Positions 10,135 through 19,350 of a stretch of DNA of 64,000 nt are shown here, one piece after another. Made by a program: the position numbers and the translations under genes. Under the pieces are notes generated by a model. It was not told the DNA's origin. It ran no database searches and saw nothing but the letters and a program-made list of their open reading frames with translations. Origin of the DNA: Betaproteobacteria bacterium (lineage in GTDB: Bacteria; Pseudomonadota; Gammaproteobacteria; Burkholderiales; Burkholderiaceae_E); assembly GCA_031421635.1 (NCBI GenBank), contig JANOPA010000014.1:15424-79423 (forward strand). Reading direction: 5' to 3'. Every line of letters begins with the position of its first letter. Position 1 is the stretch's first letter.

Positions 10135-11452
10135 ACCTTTGCCTGTTCATCAAACGGTTCCAGAGAAATTTAGGGAGGATTTCGCCTACATGCAGACCGC
10201 TCAACCTGCAGATTTAATCCCGCGTGGGGCATGGTGGACCATCTTTAAGGATCCCATGATTGATGGGCTGATGACACAGCTTAAAAATCAGAATCCGAGC
10301 ATTGAACTCGCGGCCGCTAAGTACCGTCAAGCCAACGCTGCGTTCAGCCAGGCGCGGGCCGCTCGTCTGCCCATCCCCACCGGTAATGTCGGTGCTACTC
10401 GTGGCAATTCCAGTGTCATCAGTAATCCAGTGAGCAATTTCAGTGTTGGAACGGCAGCGAGTTGGGAGATTGATCTCTGGGGAAAGATCAGCCGTACCCT
10501 TGAAGGTAGCGCTGCCACTGTTCAGGCCACGGCCGCTGACTTGGCGGCAACGGAGTTAAGCCTTCAGGCGCAACTGGTCAGTAATTATGTTTCGCTCCGT
10601 TTTACGGATGGGCAAGCGGCCCTACTTTCTGAGACCGTTGCAGCCTACGAGCGCTCTTTAAAGCTCACTCAAAATCGTTACTTAGGTGGTGTAGTGTCAA
10701 AAATTGACGTGGTTCAGGCTGAAACGCAGTGGCGTTCAACACGGGCGCAACTCATTGATCTTGGTATTCAACGTGCAACTTTGGAGCATTCGATTGCGAT
10801 ACTTTTAGGGCAAGCTCCTGCCACCTATTCCTTGGCGAAAAGCCAGGCAAGTTTGCCAGAAATTTACCTGCCTGCGCTCAGCGCTGGACTGCCAAGTCAA
10901 TGATTAGAGAGGCGTCCGGATATTGCTGCGGCCGAGCGGCGCGTGGCGGCCGCGAATGCGCAAATTGGCGTGAGCGAGAGTGCGTTTTTTCCCTCACTTA
11001 CTCTCAACGCATTGGCGGGATTACGTGCGCCTTCGCACGCTGACCTATTCAATTTGCCAACGCGGGTTTGGTCGTTGGGGCCTGCGCTCGCCGCGACACT
11101 TTTCGATGCGGGCGCGCGCAAGGCCGTCACGCAGCAGGCGCAGGCAAGCTACGATCAAAGTGTGGCGAGCTACCGTATCACCGTGCTCGCGGCCTTTCAG
11201 GAGGTTGAGGACAACCTCGCCAGCCTACATGTGCTCGAACGCGAATTGGAGGAGCCAAAGCTTGCCGTGCTCGCTGCTACGAAATCGACAGAGCTGGCGA
11301 ACAACCAGTATAAAGCCGGTATTACGAATGACCTCAGCGTGGCTGCCGCGCAAACTGCGGAGCTGGCTGCCAAACGCAGCTCACTGTCCCTGATCGGGCA
11401 GCGCTACGCGTCAACCATTGGACTAATTAAAGCCTTGGGTGGTGGCTTTTAG
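10070..11452 (+). pseudogene. NodT-family RND outer membrane factor, disrupted
   Basis: Two same-frame ORFs (10070-10903 and 10943-11452) are separated by an in-frame TGA at 10901-10903, inside the conserved 'LPSQ*LERRPDIAAAERRVAAANAQIGV' block. Only ~8-13 codons precede the lipobox-like Cys ('FPRSCAMPPKGPNYQRPE'), so the lipoprotein signal peptide is gone. Confidence 0.75.
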
Positions 11453-11866
11453 CAGGGGCGTCCTTGACGCGATGATTGCTAATGCAGCCGCAGTGAGTAA
11501 AGAACTCGAAAGCGCCGGAGATTGGCGCAAAAAAACAGCCAGATCCACGAGTGTCAAAACACGGTACTGTTCAATAAAGGCGACTAGCGATGCAATTTCG
11601 TTGCTGCCGAGCTTCTGAGTATCTTCAGCGAGAACCTGGAATCCAACCCAACCGACGTTTGACAGTGCCCGCCCGATAGCCCCTTCGGCAATTCCGAAAA
11701 CGGACAAAATGCTCAAGGGTCGGAGAAGCAACTGCAAGATGCTGATTCGGTCGGTTGCTGGCGCATTCTGATAGATACTTGCGACAATTTGCGGTAAATC
11801 GTTGGGAGGAAATTTGTGGGCTTCATGCCCAAAAACGAGCTGTGATGAATTTGATACCTCAGACAT
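11423..11866 (-). CDS. Hypothetical protein (147 aa)
   Basis: The ATG at 11866 is preceded by a good SD (GGAAGGTGAAAAAATG). No recognisable family. Same strand as, and directly downstream of, the czc/two-component/barrel genes. Confidence 0.45.
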   Translation of the reverse strand: MSEVSNSSQLVFGHEAHKFPPNDLPQIVASIYQNAPATDRISILQLLLRPLSILSVFGIAEGAIGRALSNVGWVGFQVLAEDTQKLGSNEIASLVAFIEQYRVLTLVDLAVFLRQSPALSSSLLTAAALAIIASRTPLLKATTQGFN

Positions 11867-12005
11867 TTTTTCACCTTCCGTTTGGAACTTCAAGTACGAT
11901 TTTCTTTGGCAGTGCACTCTAATGAATGACATCATCTGCACTTTTGATGACAATTGAAATATTTCGCAGTGCGACTTCAAACATGAGTTGCGGCTCAGTG
12001 TATGG

Positions 12006-12797
12006 TTAGAAGCGGATCCCCGTGGAAATTCTCAACGAGTTATCAGCGCTGAAATTGACATTGGGGTCCCAGGCCACGCGCATAAACCAGCCCGGCCAAT
12101 CGTAGGTCGCACTTAGTCCCCAGCGATGGATGGTAGTACCACCTACCAGTCCAGTCTTATACAAAAGATCCATGCTCAACCGATCTCGTTGGTTGAGTTG
12201 GCGTTTGTAGACAAGATGAAGATGGCGCTGATCCGGATTCTCTCGATTGTCGCGAATGTACTGGACGGCGAAGAGATCTTTCGCAGACAGGTGCTTGCCA
12301 AGGCTCAGCATGTAGGAGTCATTGGGATCAAAATTGAGGTTGAAATAGGGTCTGAGATTGGTCCGTCCAAAGCCCAAGGAAAAGAACCAAGGGTCACCAA
12401 CTTCTGCCTGAATGCTTCCACCCCAAAAGCCGCCGCTCGCCGTTTGAATGGAGGGCGTGATTCGAATATCTTTCCCAAAGCTGTTGTCCCAGCCCGCGCG
12501 CCACTGAGAAATCATTTGATCAGATTGTCCAAAGTATCCGAGCCAAATATTGCCAAGTTCTGAGCTGCGCCGAAGGTTTACGTCCCAGCCCGCCGACTGG
12601 CTAGAAAAACTGTAGTAGCCGGTCGTGAATTTATAACTAGCACTGGTATCGGTTGGGGTAGACGTTTCCTGGGCGACGCATAGTTTTGGGATGAGTGCAA
12701 TTGACGCCGCGCTTATCATAAGGGCTAGCAGGTTATGCCAGCTATTCCAATGACACCCACAAACGCAAAGCCGCGAAAAACGTGCAAACGTGTTCAT
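12006..12797 (-). CDS. Putative outer-membrane beta-barrel protein, unclassified
   Basis: N-terminal signal-like segment, alternating aromatic/polar strand-like pattern, and C-terminal 'ISTGIRF' ending in Phe as in many OMPs. The start overlaps the kinase stop (ATGA at 12794-12797). Confidence 0.55.
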   Translation of the reverse strand: MNTFARFSRLCVCGCHWNSWHNLLALMISAASIALIPKLCVAQETSTPTDTSASYKFTTGYYSFSSQSAGWDVNLRRSSELGNIWLGYFGQSDQMISQWRAGWDNSFGKDIRITPSIQTASGGFWGGSIQAEVGDPWFFSLGFGRTNLRPYFNLNFDPNDSYMLSLGKHLSAKDLFAVQYIRDNRENPDQRHLHLVYKRQLNQRDRLSMDLLYKTGLVGGTTIHRWGLSATYDWPGWFMRVAWDPNVNFSADNSLRISTGIRF

Positions 12798-14251
12798 GAC
12801 TTCTTTACCTCGGATTGCTGAGCCGGAAGAACAAGACGAGCCTGTAATCCCCTTGTCGCGGAGTTCAACAGTTGGATTGTTAACCCATTACGTTCGGCGA
12901 CCGCTTTGACGATTGCCAGCCCTAAGCCACTGCCGTTCCCCGGCGATCCGGGAGGACGATAAAAGCGGTCAAAGATTCTCTCCTGGTACCGCTCATCGAT
13001 GCCGGGCCCCTGATCGGCAATTTCAAAAAAACTGAAAGCTTGCGTTGAGGAAGGGCCGCAGCTGATATTCACCTGAGATCCGACCGGAGAATAGAGCAGT
13101 GCGTTTTCAAGAAGATTATTCATCGCCTCGCCGATCATTGCACGTTGACCATACACCTTACAGGCAAGCAGTTCGAAATTGCAGTCGATGCTGCGCCGTT
13201 CTGCACTTTGCGCCCATTGTGGCGCGAGTTCTTGAATCAGTTCGGTGAGCTGAAAAGTAGAGGCATCGTTGTTTAGTCCAAGGCTTGCTTGTACAGCCGA
13301 CAACGTGAGCAATTGCTGAGCCAGATGAATGGTGCGCTGAGTCGCCTGGCGAGCTTGATCAATACGAGCGTCGCGACTGTTGCTATCACCTTGCGCGGCA
13401 AGCTCCAGCATCATCGAAAGACCCGCAAGAGGGGTTCGGAGTTGATGTGCCGCGTCAGCAATGAAACGCGCTTGCTCTTCTTGGGCGGTATCGAGGCGCT
13501 CAAGTAAATCATTGAGCGAATGTACGAGCGGCCTGAGCTCTTCGACCAGGCGCGGTTCATCAAGCGGCGATAAATTATTAAAGGAGCGCTGCCCAAGCTG
13601 CGTGGTGAGTTGATGGATAGGGGCTAATCCACGACGTGTTCCCCACCAAACGGTGAGGGCCGTGGCGATTGCGAGGAGGCTCAGTGGAGCGAGCAGGCCG
13701 ATCACGAGTTCGACGTCGCGTTGGCGACGTTTTCTTGTGGTTTCGGTGACAAGCACGGTGGCCCTGACATCTCCTCGATCAATCGGCATCAGGAGTACAC
13801 GGACACGGTTGCCGTTAAGGGTTAGATCATGTAATGAGCGTTCGCGAGGCCGTAAGCCAGGCCTCGGAGTCTCCGCGCGAGCTAGCTCGAGTAATTTGGT
13901 GAGATGCTCGTCGCCGATTGCAAATTGATCGTCACTGTCAAAGACGGCGTAGGAAACCGTCTCGAACTCGTCCGAGCGCAAAATAATTTCGGCTTCCTTC
14001 GGAAGTTGTACGACGATTTTCGAGTTCTCCCGCTTGATATACGGTACCAAGGCAAGCGCGGTATCTGCGAGTGATTGATCAAAGGCCTCTCGCATAGGGC
14101 GGGTGATCATGGTGTAACTCGCCGTCGCGGCCAGTAGGACCGCGAGGGAAAGACCCGGCAGGAGGCTAAGCAACAGGCGATTGCGCAGGCTGTTGCTCTG
14201 CATACGACCACTTTGACGAAAGTGGCTTTCGGTCCTTTGCATGACGGTCAT
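12794..14251 (-). CDS. Two-component sensor histidine kinase (2CSK_N / TctE-QseC-like periplasmic domain)
   Basis: Two TM segments flank a ~140-aa periplasmic domain. H-box 'FIADAAHQLRTPLAG'. N/G boxes 'NNLLENALLYSP', 'IADQGPGID', 'GSGLGLAIVKAV'. Confidence 0.85.
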   Translation of the reverse strand: MTVMQRTESHFRQSGRMQSNSLRNRLLLSLLPGLSLAVLLAATASYTMITRPMREAFDQSLADTALALVPYIKRENSKIVVQLPKEAEIILRSDEFETVSYAVFDSDDQFAIGDEHLTKLLELARAETPRPGLRPRERSLHDLTLNGNRVRVLLMPIDRGDVRATVLVTETTRKRRQRDVELVIGLLAPLSLLAIATALTVWWGTRRGLAPIHQLTTQLGQRSFNNLSPLDEPRLVEELRPLVHSLNDLLERLDTAQEEQARFIADAAHQLRTPLAGLSMMLELAAQGDSNSRDARIDQARQATQRTIHLAQQLLTLSAVQASLGLNNDASTFQLTELIQELAPQWAQSAERRSIDCNFELLACKVYGQRAMIGEAMNNLLENALLYSPVGSQVNISCGPSSTQAFSFFEIADQGPGIDERYQERIFDRFYRPPGSPGNGSGLGLAIVKAVAERNGLTIQLLNSATRGLQARLVLPAQQSEVKKS

Positions 14252-14255
14252 GAGC

Positions 14256-14936
14256 TTAGCGCACGGTTGGAGTCGTCGCGCTCAGCAAATAGCCCAGCCC
14301 GCGCAGAGTTCTGACCGTCAGGCCAGCAGGTTCGAGCTTGGCTCTCAGGCGTGAAATGTAGGTGTCTAAAGCATTGCTTGAGAGCTCGTCATCCCAATTG
14401 GCCACCATGGAAATCAGTCTCTCCTTGGGGACAATTCGATCAACATGCTCAATCAGGGCGTTGAGCACGGCCCATTCACGGGCCGGGAGATCGAGCGGTT
14501 CGCTTCCGATCCAAGCGCGCTGCGCATTCATTTCGACACGCAGGCGTCCAAGCTCCCGCACGTTATTACTGATCGGACGATTGCGCCGTCCGAGCGCATC
14601 GATGCGTGCCAGAAGCTCAGCCGTTTCGAAAGGTTTACTTAGGTAGTCGTCGGCTCCCGTCTTCAGCCCTTTAACCCGGTCGGATAGAGCATCGCGCGCG
14701 GTGAGGATCATTGTGAGCAACGAGTCCTGGCGCTCTCTTAGTTTTCTGAGTATGGAAATACCGTCCCCATCGGGCAGGCCAAGGTCAAGCAGAAGCAAAT
14801 CAAAGGAGTGCAATTGCAGTGCGGTCTCAGCATGAGTGATGTCTTCGACACTGTCGGCGACATGCCCATTGCGGCGTAAAACTTCCTGTAGCGACTCGCG
14901 TAGCATGCTGTCGTCTTCCACAATGAGGATTCGCAT
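14256..14936 (-). CDS. OmpR-family response regulator
   Basis: 'MRILIVEDD', 'DLLLLDLGLPDGDG' and 'SKPF' mark the receiver domain. The C-terminus is a winged-helix ('LDTYISRLRAKLEPAGLTVRTLRGLGYLL'). I chose the start at the MRILIVEDD ATG; the track start at 14978 adds 14 aa. Confidence 0.9.
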   Translation of the reverse strand: MRILIVEDDSMLRESLQEVLRRNGHVADSVEDITHAETALQLHSFDLLLLDLGLPDGDGISILRKLRERQDSLLTMILTARDALSDRVKGLKTGADDYLSKPFETAELLARIDALGRRNRPISNNVRELGRLRVEMNAQRAWIGSEPLDLPAREWAVLNALIEHVDRIVPKERLISMVANWDDELSSNALDTYISRLRAKLEPAGLTVRTLRGLGYLLSATTPTVR

Positions 14937-14998
14937 CTTTTTACCTCGACAGGTCTTGATTGTGGCTCGCAGCGCCAATGGTCAAAGCAAGGCCTAAA

Positions 14999-17900
14999 TT
15001 ACGCGATGCTGGGCTTGATCCAGCGCTTCGCAACTAAAGGCAGCAGGAGTAGTGTAGCGATAGTGGCCGAAACGATGCCGCCCACGATCACAACCGCAAA
15101 AGGTCGTTGTGTTTCGGCTCCAATGCCATGAGAGAGGGCGGCGGGCAGTAAGCCGAGGCCGGCCATGAGTGCTGTCATGATGATCGGGCGTAGTCGCTCT
15201 GCAGCGGCTTCGAATGCTGCGCCAGCGTGATCAATCTCCACAATGCGCTCCACCAGGATTAGGCCGTTTTGAACCGCAATGCCTGCGACGGCGATAAAGC
15301 CGACAGCAGCGGATACCGATAGGTGTAGACCTGCTAAAGCCAGTCCGGCGAATCCACCGATCAAGGCAAATGGAAGTACAGCCACGACCAATAATGCTGG
15401 CCGAAGCGCTTTCAATGCTAGGACTAAAAGTGTGAGTACGGCGAGGCAAGCAAGGGGTACGATGGTCCCCAAGCGCTTCATCGCGCGCTGCTGGTTCTCA
15501 AATTGGCCGCCCCATTCCAAGCGATATCCTACGGGCAGCGCAACCTCTTTGGACACCTTCGCCTGTGCTTCGGCCACAAAGCTACCAAGATCTCGACCGC
15601 TCAAGTTTAGTTTGACGGTAACGTTGCGTTCGCCCGCTTCGCGAGTAATTCTAGAAGCACCATCACGTACTTGAACCGTCGCAAGGCTGGACAGAGGCAC
15701 TGATGCCAAGCTACTCGCGGCGCCGTTAGCCGGGATAGGGAGTGGAATAGGGAGTTGGGAAATATCGTCAATGCTGCTACGCGCACTCGCCGATAATCTT
15801 AAAGTGATATCAAACGAGCGTTGCCCGAGGAAGAATGAGCCCACCGGCACGCCACCCAGAGCGCTACCTACCAAACGATTTAAGTCTGCCGCAAGCAGTC
15901 CATAGCGTTCCAACTGATCACGTCGCCATTGAATGTCGATTTCAGGCTGACCGGCGACTGGCAAGGCCGCAACATCTACGGCGCCGCGAAGTTTGGCGAG
16001 AATCTGAGCGACGGTGCTCGCCTTGGCTTCCAGGACGGCGAGATCAGGGCCAAAAATTTTTACGACAACCTCACCCTTGGCGCCTGATAAAGCCTCTTCC
16101 ATATTGTCTTGAATGACTTGTGAAAAGTTTGCACTAATGCCAGGGATCACGTTGAGCTTTTTGGCCATATCAGCAACCAAGGCTTCCTTGTTGTCGAACG
16201 CCCAAGTCTCTCGAGGCGTGAGCTGCGCGAGAATCTCCAAATTGTTCGGTCCTTTCGGATCCGTGCCATCGTCCGGCCGGCCCACTTGACCAATCACGCG
16301 TGAAACTTCTTTATAGCTTTTCAAAATATTTCTGACTTCACGCTCAATGGCCTTGGAATGTTCAAGCGACGATGAGGGCGCCAGACTCACCGTCAGCCAG
16401 ATATTGCCTTCGTCGAGTTTTGGTAAGAACTCGGACCCCAGCAAAGGGGATAGGGCCAAGGTGCCAATCAGTATGGCAAGTGCTGCCGTAATCACAAGTC
16501 CGGTGAAGGACGTTAAGTGCTCAAGCAGGCTCTTGTAATGATTCGAGAGCCAGGTCATCCAACCTAAATGTGCTTCCTCGAGCGGGTGCTTGGCGAGCCA
16601 CTTGGAGAGTAAGGCGGGCACTAGGGTCAGCGTGAGCACTAAACCCGCTGCGAGCGCTAAGGAAAGCGTCAATGCGACCGGCGTGAATATTCGACCCTCC
16701 ACCCTTTGGAAGGAGAAGATGGGCGCGAAGGCCGCGATAATGATTAGTTTAGAAAAGAGAATCGGTTTCGCCATCTGGCCTAAGGTTAGCTCGAGCGCTT
16801 TAAGCCTGTCTTCAGCACTCAATGCACCCGCGCTGAGGCGCACCATGAGGGCTTCAATGAGAACTACGGCCGAGTCGATAATGACTCCAAAATCTACCGC
16901 TCCGAGAGACATCAGATTCGCGGGAACCTTCATGAGCTGCATGCACATAAAGGCCAGCAACAGCGCCACCGGAATCACACAGGCTACGATCAAGGCCGCA
17001 GACCAGCGGCGCAAAAATAAGAACAAAATGGACAACACTAAAGCCGCACCAATCAGTAAGTTTTCCACCACGGTAGCCACGGTGTGGCCGACCAGGTCCG
17101 TTCTGCGATAGATGGGGATTAGTTTTACGCCGGGCGCTTCACGCGCCAGACGCTCGTTAATTTGAACAATCTTGTCATCGACTGCTTTGACCACCACCGC
17201 AGCGTTACTGCCCTTGGTCATTTGTACGATGCCTTCGACGACGTCGTCGGCATTGCCTTCCTTATCCGTATGAGAAACAATCCCGGCTCGGGGCCGCTCC
17301 CCAAAGCTTACTTCGGCGACATCGCCCACGCGCACTGGTTTGCCGTCCTCGGCTGCGATCACCGCTGCAGCAAGATCGGGCGCCGAGCGATAGAGTGCGA
17401 GGCCACGAATTACGAAGCTCTGATCCCCGCGACGCATCAGACCGCCTCCGGCATTGTCGCCACCGGCAGTAATGGCCTTTTGAAGGTCGTCCATAGTTAG
17501 GCGGTAACGCGCCAATTTGTAAGGGTCCACCCGGACTTGGAGTTCGCGAACGGACCCTCCAAAGCTCACAATATCGGCAACTTGCGGTACGACGCGCAAA
17601 GCGGGCCGGATCAGCCAGTCTTGCAGCACCCGTATTTCATCCCTTGGCATGGCCGCCGGTGCCTGAATGACATACCTAAATACCTCACCCACGGCATTGG
17701 AAAGCGGGGCGAGTTGAGGTTGTATGCCGGCTGGAAGCGTGGCATTTTGAATGCGCTCAAGTACTTGCGCCCGAGCGAAGAAGTCATTGGTACCGTCTTC
17801 GAAGGTGGCCGTGACCACGGACAAACCAGTGATCGAGACCGAGCGAATACGCGTCGCTCGAGGCGTTCCGCCAAGCTCTCGCTCAAGCGGTTGGGAAATT

Positions 17901-18109
17901 GAGCGCTCAACTTCCTCGGGAGCCCGGCCGGGGACTTGGGTGATGACTTGAACTTGGGTGTCCTGGACGTCCGGAAAGGCTTCGATAGGAAGGTCAACGA
18001 CGATGAAAGCGCCAATGACGCTTAACACGATCACGGCGAGTAAAATCAGGACGGGTTGGCGAACCACCGTGCTCATGGGTCCGGAGGAATTCGAAGGAGA
18101 ACTGCTCAT
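14999..18109 (-). CDS. czcA: Heavy-metal efflux RND pump, CzcA family
   Basis: 1036 aa with 12-TM RND architecture. TM4 motif 'VDFGVIIDSAVVLIEA' shows the D-x5-D-x6-E pattern of divalent-cation HME-RND pumps. The start overlaps the czcB stop (ATGA). Confidence 0.9.
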   Translation of the reverse strand: MSSSPSNSSGPMSTVVRQPVLILLAVIVLSVIGAFIVVDLPIEAFPDVQDTQVQVITQVPGRAPEEVERSISQPLERELGGTPRATRIRSVSITGLSVVTATFEDGTNDFFARAQVLERIQNATLPAGIQPQLAPLSNAVGEVFRYVIQAPAAMPRDEIRVLQDWLIRPALRVVPQVADIVSFGGSVRELQVRVDPYKLARYRLTMDDLQKAITAGGDNAGGGLMRRGDQSFVIRGLALYRSAPDLAAAVIAAEDGKPVRVGDVAEVSFGERPRAGIVSHTDKEGNADDVVEGIVQMTKGSNAAVVVKAVDDKIVQINERLAREAPGVKLIPIYRRTDLVGHTVATVVENLLIGAALVLSILFLFLRRWSAALIVACVIPVALLLAFMCMQLMKVPANLMSLGAVDFGVIIDSAVVLIEALMVRLSAGALSAEDRLKALELTLGQMAKPILFSKLIIIAAFAPIFSFQRVEGRIFTPVALTLSLALAAGLVLTLTLVPALLSKWLAKHPLEEAHLGWMTWLSNHYKSLLEHLTSFTGLVITAALAILIGTLALSPLLGSEFLPKLDEGNIWLTVSLAPSSSLEHSKAIEREVRNILKSYKEVSRVIGQVGRPDDGTDPKGPNNLEILAQLTPRETWAFDNKEALVADMAKKLNVIPGISANFSQVIQDNMEEALSGAKGEVVVKIFGPDLAVLEAKASTVAQILAKLRGAVDVAALPVAGQPEIDIQWRRDQLERYGLLAADLNRLVGSALGGVPVGSFFLGQRSFDITLRLSASARSSIDDISQLPIPLPIPANGAASSLASVPLSSLATVQVRDGASRITREAGERNVTVKLNLSGRDLGSFVAEAQAKVSKEVALPVGYRLEWGGQFENQQRAMKRLGTIVPLACLAVLTLLVLALKALRPALLVVAVLPFALIGGFAGLALAGLHLSVSAAVGFIAVAGIAVQNGLILVERIVEIDHAGAAFEAAAERLRPIIMTALMAGLGLLPAALSHGIGAETQRPFAVVIVGGIVSATIATLLLLPLVAKRWIKPSIA

Positions 18110-19341
18110 CGGGAAGCAATCTCACTGTCAAGAAGGAGGGCGCCTTGGGTCACCACTTTAGCGCCAGCCGCGACCGACTTGCCTGGCAGGGGTTCAATCC
18201 AAGCCCTCTCAGGATGTTGCGCCAAAATCGCGACAGGAATGCGTTGGTATTGACCCGGTTCGCGTTCGATAAATACTGCCGACTCGGAGCCTCGCGCCGC
18301 AAGTGAGGTCACGGGTAGCTCAAGTGCCATCCTTTGTCGCGCATCGGTGCTGAAGGCCCTGACAAACATCTCCGGGCGAAGCTTGCCTAAATCGTTGTTG
18401 ACATTTGCCCGTACTTGAACCCGACGGGTGAGTGGGTCCACCGAAGGTCCAATTCGACTAATAACAGCTAAAAGGCTTGAACTGTTGCTTTTGTCGTCCG
18501 CTTGGGAAGCGCTGCTCTTGTCGTCTAGTGAAAGTTGAATGGGTTGCCCGACGGCGAACTGGGCAATCTGCCCCTCAGGGGCATCAACAATCATGTTCAG
18601 ATGCTTCAAATCGGAAATGACAAAGAGGTTCAAGGCCTCTTCAGCCCGCACTTGCTGACCCACCGTGACGGCACGTTCCGTCACACTGCCGGCAATTGGG
18701 CTGAGCAAGGTATAGGTACTGCTGTTGCGTCCCAGACTATTGAGCTGGCGCAGGCGGTTGCGTGTGCGATCAAGCTCGGTTTGAGCCTCCGCTGCCTCGG
18801 CCTGTGCGGCTTGCAGCTCCTTAAGCGCAACGGCCCCGACCGAATATAGCTCCTGCATTCTCTGCGCCGCCGAGGTTTTGAGCCCCAGCTCCACCTGGGC
18901 TTTACTGGCCTCGGCCTGCACTCCTGCTAGTTCGGGCGTATCGATGGTGGCAAGTATGTCACCCACGCCGACCCGGTCACCAGGCTCCTTGAATAGTTTT
19001 AGAACGCGTCCAGTGACGGGGGCCGATAGCCGTGCGGTTCTGTTCTCGTCGAGCACAATCTTCCCAGGCAAGGCACCGGACTGCGGCACGGCGGTTATCT
19101 TCAGTGCTTCGGTTTGAATTCGTCCGCTGCGACTCGCTTCGCTTAAACCCACAATGTCGCGAGCTTCATTATCTTCGCGCGGTGCAGATGCTGGTGTAGC
19201 CACGTAACTTGGAGCGGAAACAGTAGCCGCGATTGCCGAGGAGCTCTGCCCCGCCCTCAGTGCGAACCAAGTGGAGGCAACACCCACGGCGAACGCGCCG
19301 ACAGTGAGCGCAATTACGGTGTAGCGTTTAGCGATGATCAT
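18106..19341 (-). CDS. czcB: RND periplasmic adaptor (membrane fusion protein), CzcB/HlyD family
   Basis: N-terminal TM anchor, lipoyl/barrel-sandwich motifs ('PVTGRVLKLFKEPGDRVGVGDILATI') and a coiled-coil hairpin ('AEAAEAQTELDRTRNRLRQL'). Translationally coupled to czcA. Confidence 0.85.
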   Translation of the reverse strand: MIIAKRYTVIALTVGAFAVGVASTWFALRAGQSSSAIAATVSAPSYVATPASAPREDNEARDIVGLSEASRSGRIQTEALKITAVPQSGALPGKIVLDENRTARLSAPVTGRVLKLFKEPGDRVGVGDILATIDTPELAGVQAEASKAQVELGLKTSAAQRMQELYSVGAVALKELQAAQAEAAEAQTELDRTRNRLRQLNSLGRNSSTYTLLSPIAGSVTERAVTVGQQVRAEEALNLFVISDLKHLNMIVDAPEGQIAQFAVGQPIQLSLDDKSSASQADDKSNSSSLLAVISRIGPSVDPLTRRVQVRANVNNDLGKLRPEMFVRAFSTDARQRMALELPVTSLAARGSESAVFIEREPGQYQRIPVAILAQHPERAWIEPLPGKSVAAGAKVVTQGALLLDSEIASR

Positions 19342-19350
19342 TTGGAGTTT

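Noticed and set aside
16590-17111. Long antisense or shadow ORFs inside well-supported genes. Examples: 16590-17111 in czcA, 25174-25791 in kdpB, 42238-42765 in dctP, 48542-49102 in rhlE and 63343-63795 in msbA.
   Set aside because: They lie opposite or out of frame with genes that have clear family signatures. Their composition is Arg/Ser/Pro/Ala-rich and low in complexity, they show no SD context and they carry no recognisable motifs. This is typical of frame-shadow ORFs.
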